IMG/VR virus record: IMGVR_UViG_3300037743_000290
Span: 1-38,976 of that record
Length of the DNA stretch: 38,976 nucleotides
Source: an uncultured virus (IMG/VR IMGVR_UViG_3300037743_000290)
Reading direction: 5' to 3' (one strand)
The notes under the pieces are model-generated. The model was not told the DNA's origin. It was given only the letters and a program-made list of their open reading frames with translations, and ran no database searches. This document shows, piece by piece, positions 32,950 to 38,976 of the stretch (position 1 is its first letter; each line of letters starts with the position of its first letter). A program made the translations under genes and the position numbers.

Positions 32950-33785
32950 CTGACTACATGCTCAAGGTCTCCGAGGAAGCCGAAGATCTCCGCGCCCGCA
33001 TCGAAGCGCTCACCGCGGACAACGAGCGACTACGCAAAGCGAGCCGCCTCCTGTGCGCGGCACCGAGTCCCACGGCGCGAGCTCACCTTGCCGCGATCCA
33101 CGTCCATCTCCAGGCGCCTGGTGAACCCGGCGAGAACACGGTGGAGTGGGCCCGGGCCTTGATCGAGGAGTCCGAGCGAGCGCTTGACGGCCAGGTCGAG
33201 TTAATGGAGGTGTGCGACCACGAGCGCAGCAAGCGTGTCCAGGCCGTGCGGCGGGCGCGGGCCATGAGCACCAGGGCGGCGAGATTGCGCAAGGCGAATA
33301 CATCCACCCTGCCGCGAGCTTGCCGCATCTTCCAGCCGTGGAGCGTGCCCACCGACGAGGCTGGGTCCAGCGTTGACCCGGCGAGTTGCTTTGTGTGCGG
33401 AATGATGGCGGCCGACCATGGGTGGGCATCTGGCGACGGCGCGGACGTTGCCAAAAAGCTCGCCAGCCCACAGCCACCGCCCCGCCGCGGCCACGAGAAC
33501 GTGATGCCCGAGGTCATCGAACTACTGCAGAAGCGAGCCGCTGTGGGCCTGGAGAAGTATGGCACCGAGTTGCAGACGTACAACGGCCGCGACGCGCCCC
33601 TTGACAAGGTCCATGAGCTTGCGGACGCGCTCTGCTACGCGGTGCAAGACTGGCTCGAGCGGCGGCAGTTGCGGGATGATCTGGTCTCGGCGGTTGCGCG
33701 AGCGGGCGTAGCCGCGTTGGCTATCGACGATGTTGGCTTGAACGCAGCGCTTGACCATCTCGCGGCCCTTGTGAGAAAGCTGTGA
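32946..33785 (+). CDS. Composite protein: coiled coil, Cys/His knuckle and C-terminal all-alpha NTP-pyrophosphatase-like domain
   Basis: GGAG RBS; C-terminal 'R..VGLEKYGT.LQ.YNGRD...D..HELADALCY'. Confidence 0.55.
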   Translation: MTDYMLKVSEEAEDLRARIEALTADNERLRKASRLLCAAPSPTARAHLAAIHVHLQAPGEPGENTVEWARALIEESERALDGQVELMEVCDHERSKRVQAVRRARAMSTRAARLRKANTSTLPRACRIFQPWSVPTDEAGSSVDPASCFVCGMMAADHGWASGDGADVAKKLASPQPPPRRGHENVMPEVIELLQKRAAVGLEKYGTELQTYNGRDAPLDKVHELADALCYAVQDWLERRQLRDDLVSAVARAGVAALAIDDVGLNAALDHLAALVRKL

Positions 33786-34027
33786 ACTTCGCCGACCAGG
33801 CCAAAGCCAGGCGCCGTCGCGCGCGCCGTAAGCACAGGCGGAAGGCCACGCGCAAGGAAACGGAGAAGCGGCTGCGCTTGCGGCTGGCCCATGATGAGCG
33901 GACGATCGCGCACCTCCTGACCAGGATCGAAGCGCTGTCACATCGAGATTCCCTGCCCATCACGGCACCACGATCAGGAACTGCGGGTGGGTGCCTGGAA
34001 CCGTGCTCGGCGGGAGCGAGGATATAG
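33782..34027 (+). CDS. Basic hypothetical protein (81 aa)
   Basis: GTGA overlap. Confidence 0.5.
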   Translation: MNFADQAKARRRRARRKHRRKATRKETEKRLRLRLAHDERTIAHLLTRIEALSHRDSLPITAPRSGTAGGCLEPCSAGARI

Positions 34028-34032
34028 CCGTG

Positions 34033-34275
34033 ATGCCGTGCCAGCATAAAACGCTCTTCGACCACACAGAGCGCAGCGACGCAGCCCTGATCTGGTGCTG
34101 TTCGGCGTGCGGCCTTACCTCGTGGTGGGGCGATACGTGGGGCTATCTCGGCAACATGGAGTGCCGTGATTGCCAGACAGCGCAGGTTGATTTCGTGTGG
34201 TGCTCGGAAGAGTGCCGCAAGCAGCTCATGCGAGAACAGCCAGCCATGTTCGTCGGCGTCAAGGATATGGACTGA
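34033..34275 (+). CDS. Cys-rich zinc-binding protein (80 aa)
   Basis: GAGGA RBS; CSAC, CRDC and WCSEEC; stop overlaps xis. Confidence 0.6.
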   Translation: MPCQHKTLFDHTERSDAALIWCCSACGLTSWWGDTWGYLGNMECRDCQTAQVDFVWCSEECRKQLMREQPAMFVGVKDMD

Positions 34276-34457
34276 TGGCCGACGATCGCTACGTGAGGAC
34301 CGAGCAAGCGGCAGAGTTTCTCGGCGTTGCCGCTGCCACGTTGAAGTCGTGGAGGCTCAAGGCCAAGGGGCCGCCGTTCTTTCGCCCGAGCAATCGGGTC
34401 ATCAGGTATCGCATCAGCGTGCTCGACGAATGGATGAAACAGCATGCAGTCGGATGA
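34275..34457 (+). CDS. xis: Excisionase/AlpA-MerR-like HTH protein
   Basis: 'TEQAAEFLGVAAATLKSWR..AKGPPF....RVIRY....LDEWM'; next to the integrase. Confidence 0.85.
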   Translation: MADDRYVRTEQAAEFLGVAAATLKSWRLKAKGPPFFRPSNRVIRYRISVLDEWMKQHAVG

Positions 34458-34697
34458 GGACGAGCGAGGGAACGCTGCGGTTCAGGAAACCGCGGACCAC
34501 AGCCGGGCTTGCACTCCGGGCCACCGTGGGTCCTGCCTCGAAGATCTATTCGACCGATGGGCATCTGTCCTGGATCAGCTCGAGGATGACCCGCTACCAA
34601 AAGGCCCGTAGCGAGCGAGTGCCGGGAATCAATCGGACTGCGAGTGCCAGGCGCACACCAGCGTAAGTCGTCTGGCAAGGCTCGGCTTGGACTACGG

Positions 34698-35981
34698 TCA
34701 CCCGGTTGGTTCCCTGGACTCGCTCGACGCACGAATGCGCGCCCACAGCGCAGCCTCGACCTTGGCGGCGCACTCGGCCAGGTAGTCCCAGCGCTCGGGC
34801 AGGCCGTAGGCGCGCACGTTGACACCCTCTCCGGCGTGATTGAGCAGCATCTCGCGAGCCTCGCGGGGGACGCCGGCCTCCATCGCGACGCTGTTGAAGG
34901 TGCGCCTCATCGTGTGCGGGCCGGGCACGACGTTCTTGATCTGTTTGGTCTCCTTGTTCTTGCGCCGCTCCTTTGGCTCGGCCAGCGGGATCACGCGGTA
35001 GGGCTTGCGCCTGGTCAGCGAAGGAAACGCCAGGCCGTGGTCGCCGCCGTACGGGTCGTATATGGCCGGATTCTCGGCCAGGCGACGGGCAAGGATTTCG
35101 CGGACCGTGGCGGTCATCGGCAATGTGAAGGGCCTGTTGCCCTTGGCACGCTCGATCTGCACCAGGCCGCGGGCAAAGTCTACCTCGGGCCAGGCCACGT
35201 GCCGGATCGAATCCGCGCGCAGCCCCGTGAACCCGGCCAGCAAGTAGAAGTCGCGCCGCACCGGAGCCATGGCCATGACCGCGGCATACCAGGCCGGCAA
35301 GTCCTCGCCGGCGATCCGGGTGCCGTTGGGCCGGATCTCGTAGCTCACGATCCGGGTGGCCGGGTTTCGCCCGGGGAGCTCGTGCAACCGATCCACGGCG
35401 TGCCAGCACGCGGAGAGGTAGCGCACCAGGCGCGCGGTGAGCGCGGCCCCGGGCTCGTTGACGCTCAATGCCCTGGGCTTGCAGGCCGCCCGGATCTCGG
35501 CTAGGCGCAGTTCGATGTCCGGCGCTGAGATCTCGACCAGCGGCAGTTCGAGCCAGGCCGAGAAGTGGCGGACCATCTCCGCGCGCATGCCCTCGATCGA
35601 GCGCATGGAGCGGCGCTTCCTGGCCATGGCGCTGAGGTGGAGGTCCATGCCCTGGCGCAGAGTCATCGACGCGGCCGTGGGCTGGGCAGGCTCGGGGCCG
35701 TGCAGGCCGGCCACGATCTCACCGGTGAGCTCGAGCGCGCGCTGGCGGGCAAGCTGGGCCGTCCACACGTGGCCGTCCTTGCGCACGGCACCATGGCGGC
35801 CAATCGTGACGCGCACCTTGCGGCCCGAGACCGACCGCTTGACGATATAGGTGCGGGCCCTGCGCCCGACCACGAGGGCGAACCCGGGGAGCTTGTCGTC
35901 CCAGTAGATGACCTGCTCCTTATAGGGCTCCGGGGTTGGGAGCGCGGCCACGGCTTTCTCGGTGAGTCTTAGAACCGGCAT
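34698..35981 (-). CDS. int: Tyrosine integrase with N-terminal arm-binding domain (427 aa)
   Basis: Start at ATG 35981 (AGGAGG upstream). Arm domain 'WDDKLPGFAL.V...TIGRHG'; catalytic R (TGLR), K (AKGN), HTMRRT, LNH and Y. Confidence 0.95.
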   Translation of the reverse strand: MPVLRLTEKAVAALPTPEPYKEQVIYWDDKLPGFALVVGRRARTYIVKRSVSGRKVRVTIGRHGAVRKDGHVWTAQLARQRALELTGEIVAGLHGPEPAQPTAASMTLRQGMDLHLSAMARKRRSMRSIEGMRAEMVRHFSAWLELPLVEISAPDIELRLAEIRAACKPRALSVNEPGAALTARLVRYLSACWHAVDRLHELPGRNPATRIVSYEIRPNGTRIAGEDLPAWYAAVMAMAPVRRDFYLLAGFTGLRADSIRHVAWPEVDFARGLVQIERAKGNRPFTLPMTATVREILARRLAENPAIYDPYGGDHGLAFPSLTRRKPYRVIPLAEPKERRKNKETKQIKNVVPGPHTMRRTFNSVAMEAGVPREAREMLLNHAGEGVNVRAYGLPERWDYLAECAAKVEAALWARIRASSESREPTG

Positions 35982-36049
35982 GCGGTTTAGGTTCCTCCTA
36001 GGTTCCGGTGTTCGTAGCTCGTGCGATCCCGAGCGATCCCAACTCCGCG

Positions 36050-36078
36050 ACATTACACCCTTGACCGTCCCTGGTAAA
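36050..36078 (-). promoter_or_regulatory. Putative integrase promoter TTTACC-N17-TAATGT
   Basis: -35 at 36078-36073 and -10 at 36055-36050, about 70 bp upstream of the int ATG. Confidence 0.5.
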
Positions 36079-36089
36079 CCCGCTATAAC
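36061..36089 (+). promoter_or_regulatory. Near-consensus sigma70 promoter TTGACC-N17-TATAAC firing into the att core
   Basis: 5/6 match in both hexamers with an exact 17-bp spacer. Confidence 0.65.
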
Positions 36090-36102
36090 CCAATTCCCTG
36101 CA

Positions 36103-36149
<47 letters not shown>

Positions 36150-36899
36150 GGTAACGCGCGGTAATCGAACAGGAAGCCGCGGCAAAGTGAAAACTAGGAA
36201 CCCGCGCTAGGTTCCGGCTAGGTTCCAGACGGAACCGCCGAAAAAACACCGGACCCTACCAGTTTCCTGGCGGGCCCAGTGTGCCGGTCACCCTGCTCCG
36301 GCGGTCTACGTGCCAGTAACCCTGCACGACCAGGTAGTGGGCTCCCACCCCTTCCGCGGTGTGTCTCCGCTCGCCGCCTTGCTTCACGACTGGGGCTGGA
36401 GCGTCGTGACCTGGGGTGCGCTGTCGTGTGAGGTCAGGTGGAGCGCTCGGTGCCCTTCTCGCTTACCGTGACCTTGAAGGTGTTCATTCTACCTTTCCGC
36501 GCGGGGTGTGACAACCGAAACTTGGCGCAAGGCGGCCATATGGCCGAAACGGCTTCGCCGCCCTGGACTGTTGCTTGGGAGCGTCCAGGGGGCCAAGTCG
36601 GGTCGGGGAGGGAGTCGCGAAGCGAAGTGTAGCGACGGAAGGGGCCCCGAGCCGGCCCGAGCGCAGCGACGGTGCGCAGCAACGCGGGCCTTGCCACGTG
36701 CTCGGTGAGGAGCTGAACGGCGCAACGCCGCTCGGTGGCCTATTTTGTATACACCGCGTTCATGCTGCGCGTCAACGCCATTCACGCCGGGCCAGCAGCA
36801 CAAGGCGGCCACGCCCGGAAACCCGCCGCGCGAGTCGCAAGCGAAGTGCGACGAGAATCTTCAATGGAGCCGGCGCGGCCGCAGTGCCAGCTTACCAGA

Positions 36900-37082
36900 T
36901 CAACGCTGGGTGCGGTCGGTTGGCGCTGGGCAGAGCAACTCCTTGCACCGGAGGAGCAACGCCGGGATTGCGATGTACAGGAGCGCGCTCTGCGGTGCTG
37001 TGGCTGAGCCCTGGTTCCAGGCGTCGAGCGCATGATGGTACTCGGCCAATGCCATGGCGATCTGCTCGTCAATCGGCGCCAT
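36900..37082 (-). CDS. Hypothetical protein (60 aa)
   Basis: TGATG overlap with the XRE gene; GAGG RBS. Confidence 0.5.
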   Translation of the reverse strand: MAPIDEQIAMALAEYHHALDAWNQGSATAPQSALLYIAIPALLLRCKELLCPAPTDRTQR

Positions 37083-37402
37083 CAGTATCGCCTCGCAAGC
37101 CCGCGCATCAGTTCGCGAACGAGTTTCTGATCATCAGGCCAGAGCTTGTTGAAGTCCCCGAGCACGCCCGGGAGTGGCTCGTCCGATCCGAGCAGCGCGC
37201 CCGCGGACCCTGGCATGGCCGCAACGATGCGCTCGAGGTTGGCCAGGCTGGGCTGGCGTCGGCCGCTCTCGAAATGGCTGACAGCGGACGGGGTGAGCCT
37301 GGCGCGCTCGGCCAGGGCCGTTTGCGACAGGCCGTACTTCTCTCGGCACGCCCGCAGGCGAGCGGCGAAGTCGATGGATGCGCGAGGTAGCGGTGAGCTC
37401 AT
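37082..37402 (-). CDS. XRE-family HTH regulator, repressor candidate (106 aa)
   Basis: 'FAARLRACREKYGLSQTALAERARLTPSAVSHFESGRRQPSLANL' with a short helical C-terminus and no S24 peptidase domain. Confidence 0.88.
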   Translation of the reverse strand: MSSPLPRASIDFAARLRACREKYGLSQTALAERARLTPSAVSHFESGRRQPSLANLERIVAAMPGSAGALLGSDEPLPGVLGDFNKLWPDDQKLVRELMRGLARRY

Positions 37403-37566
37403 GGCCGCTTGTTCCACTTGGTGACCGCTTCATCGAGCGTCTTGCCAATCACGACCGGGTTCGCGGGGCAGGTCTCGCTCACACAGGACAACAGCGTTTT
37501 CTCTGGTCCTCGGGGGCCTGGTCCGTGCCAAAACGGACAGGGGAGTGCTGTGATGGGTGTCTTCAT
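37399..37566 (-). CDS. Lar-like (restriction alleviation family) zinc-ribbon miniprotein (55 aa; not in the ORF track)
   Basis: MKTPITALPCPFWHG...SCVSETC...TLDEAVTKWNKRP shows the L.PCPF start and EA..KWN.R end; ATGA overlap with the XRE gene. Confidence 0.65.
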   Translation of the reverse strand: MKTPITALPCPFWHGPGPRGPEKTLLSCVSETCPANPVVIGKTLDEAVTKWNKRP

Positions 37567-37572
37567 GACGCG

Positions 37573-37601
37573 ATAGTAACATATCCTCGAGGCTTTGTGA
37601 C
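37573..37601 (-). promoter_or_regulatory. Putative leaderless promoter GTCACA-N17-TACTAT with extended -10 TGn
   Basis: The -10 box ends 6 nt before ATG 37566. Confidence 0.5.
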
Positions 37602-37662
37602 TTTGAAGGCCTTAAGTTCTGGGCATCGCCGCCTGAGCGCAAAGTGTTGGTAACGGTATCGC

Positions 37663-37692
37663 TTGACTCCAGGCATGCGCGCACGGCACTGT
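37663..37692 (+). promoter_or_regulatory. Putative leaderless promoter TTGACT-N18-CACTGT
   Basis: The -10 box ends 7 nt before ATG 37700; no SD. Confidence 0.4.
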
Positions 37693-37699
37693 GTAGCGG

Positions 37700-38038
37700 A
37701 TGAGCGATACCACCGCTAAAACGCAGCTCGCGCTTGATATGCTGGCGCTGGCGCAGGCGGGCGTCACGCCGGTTTCTGCGCCGGCGACCCATTTTTTGCT
37801 CATGAGCGAAACCGCTGCAGAGCGCATGGCCATGGCATGGGTTGCTGCGCAGGGGCCTGCATTGCGCATTCCCTCACCGTTCTATCAAGGGGGCCTGGTT
37901 GCCCTCCAAGGAGACGTGTGCGAGGTGCGCATCGACAACTGGTGCCCTGAAGACGCGATCTACAAGGTAGACCGCGTCATCTTTGACCTGCCACCGTGGA
38001 CGCTCCCTGGCCCGTTTCTGTCCACCGAGGGGGAATAA
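37700..38038 (+). CDS. Hypothetical protein (112 aa)
   Basis: Follows the promoter candidate and abuts the next gene. Confidence 0.6.
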   Translation: MSDTTAKTQLALDMLALAQAGVTPVSAPATHFLLMSETAAERMAMAWVAAQGPALRIPSPFYQGGLVALQGDVCEVRIDNWCPEDAIYKVDRVIFDLPPWTLPGPFLSTEGE

Positions 38039-38533
38039 ATGGCCACGCAAGCGAACCTATCCAGCGACGAGGAGCGCGCTCTGCACGCGCTCGCGAACAA
38101 CGGCACGGGCAAGATGACCGCCGAGTGGTGGCGCACGGAGCACGGCGCCTCGCAGCGCATACGGATAACGCTCAAGGGCTTGGGTCTCGTGCGCTGGGAC
38201 CGCGTCAGGCGAGTTTGGGAAATCACCGATGCCGGCAAGGCGGCCGCGGGCGTGGCGGATGGCGCCGGGCTTGAGACCGTCGCCGACCGAATCAAGCGCC
38301 TACGCGCGCTGCGCTACCTGCGCCCGATCGATGCGGCGAATGCCGCCGGTATCAGCCGACAGCGGTGGTACCAGATCGAGTCGGGCGCCGAGCCAAACAT
38401 GCGCCTCGGAACGCTGCTGAAAATTCAGGCTGTGCTCGGGTGCACCCTGGACGAGCTGGTCACGGGGACAGTGGAACACGCGAGAATTGTTCAGGAAAAC
38501 GAGAATGGGAGAAAAAGTATCGGAAACCCTTGA
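38039..38533 (+). CDS. Two-domain DNA-binding protein (N-terminal wHTH plus C-terminal XRE HTH)
   Basis: 'LKGLGLV....WEITDAGKAA' wing, then 'ADRIKRLR..RYL...DAANAAGISRQRWYQIESG..PN.RL.TL.KI..VLGCTLDEL'. Confidence 0.85.
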   Translation: MATQANLSSDEERALHALANNGTGKMTAEWWRTEHGASQRIRITLKGLGLVRWDRVRRVWEITDAGKAAAGVADGAGLETVADRIKRLRALRYLRPIDAANAAGISRQRWYQIESGAEPNMRLGTLLKIQAVLGCTLDELVTGTVEHARIVQENENGRKSIGNP

Positions 38534-38558
38534 CTTCGTAGCCGGGTAGCGATAGATT
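38530..38558 (+). promoter_or_regulatory. Sigma70 promoter TTGACT-N17-TAGATT
   Basis: Near-consensus; followed by a GGCGGC/GCCGCC hairpin, a GGAG RBS and ATG 38606. Confidence 0.65.
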
Positions 38559-38605
38559 GCTTGAGTGCGGCGGCAATGGAGCCGCCCGGAACCTGGAGAT
38601 CAAAC

Positions 38606-38821
38606 ATGGCCCACACGAACCTTCCAGAGAATTTTCGCCTGCTGTCCCCCGGAGCCGCCGGTATCGCCTGGGGCAATTCCCTGGGGTGGGCCGGCACGGG
38701 CTGGTACTACGAGCCCGTCGATTACGAGGGCGACGTCCCCTTTGCTGGCCCCTTCGCTACGGCCGACGAGGCTCGCGAGAGCGCCACCCGCTGGGTGGAT
38801 TCTGGCGAGACCCTGTCCTGA
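38606..38821 (+). CDS. Hypothetical early phage protein (71 aa)
   Basis: GGAG RBS; 'GWYY.......GPF.T.DEA' motif. Confidence 0.7.
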   Translation: MAHTNLPENFRLLSPGAAGIAWGNSLGWAGTGWYYEPVDYEGDVPFAGPFATADEARESATRWVDSGETLS

Positions 38822-38909
38822 CGACTCGTTCCGGGCCGCGAGCCTATCGCGACCCGGGCCGGGCAATCAGGCCCATAGCCGGCCGGGAAACCGGCCAAGG
38901 AGACGATCG

Positions 38910-38976
38910 ATGAAGCTCAAAAATCGCATTTATCACGCAGTACTCGCCACCCACCTTCGCGTCGCCGCCGACCGCG
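38910..38976 (+). CDS. 5' end of a hypothetical protein; runs off the window edge
   Basis: AAGGAG RBS at 38897 followed by ATG 38910 (MKLKNRIYHAVLATHLRVAADR...). Confidence 0.6.
   Translation, partial: MKLKNRIYHAVLATHLRVAADR

Noticed and set aside
34454-34666. 70-aa ORF coupled to xis
   Set aside because: An ATGA overlap exists, but there is no motif and the composition is unconvincing, so it was not called.
36221-36246. GGTTCC-AGAC-GGAACC hairpin as an intrinsic terminator
   Set aside because: No U-tract follows on either strand in the right orientation; better explained as inverted integrase arm half-sites.
36434-36487. Short minus-strand ORF MNTFKVTVSEKGTERST with a plausible RBS, as a gene remnant or leader peptide
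   Set aside because: Only 17 codons, and no recognisable continuation in any frame.

Overview
The window is most of a GC-rich temperate phage genome with a contractile (myovirus-type) tail. It appears to be the excised or circular form, because an intact-looking attP with integrase arm repeats on both sides has phage-like genes on both flanks. Layout from left to right: (1) 1-12163, minus strand, holds baseplate, tape measure, frameshifted tail chaperone, tube, sheath, neck, major capsid, decoration, scaffold and prohead protease genes. (2) 12288-13887 is a plus-strand chain of about 9 tiny coupled genes that splits the head module. (3) 13824-19671, minus strand, holds minor head protein, portal, TerL and TerS. 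(4) 19808-29444 is a minus-strand early/middle operon: Cro-like HTH, RusA, a YhhQ/VUT transporter coupled to a DpdA/TGT-fold enzyme, a replication initiator with an internal iteron origin, a DnaC-like loader, a NUDIX hydrolase, an atypical methyltransferase and many Cys-rich miniproteins. (5) 29568-34457 is a plus-strand operon with an ASCH-like protein, YqaJ exonuclease, RecT and Xis. (6) A tyrosine integrase and attP carrying the 3' half of tRNA-Arg(UCG) follow. (7) The last region is regulatory, with two XRE proteins and a Lar-like gene. The strongest candidate for an undescribed system is a salvage-only 7-deazaguanine modification module (yhhQ-dpdA) translationally coupled to the replication initiator. 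Its DpdA and a nearby non-canonical methyltransferase both carry sliding-clamp-binding-like motifs. Other notable signals are an R-x-D motif shared by the head proteins (candidate protease cleavage code), a beta-domain duplicated between the sheath and a head gene, a winged-helix-like insertion in TerL, and an outward promoter inside attP. All family assignments come from motif recognition and gene order; no database searches were run. A Myxococcota-like host is only an inference.
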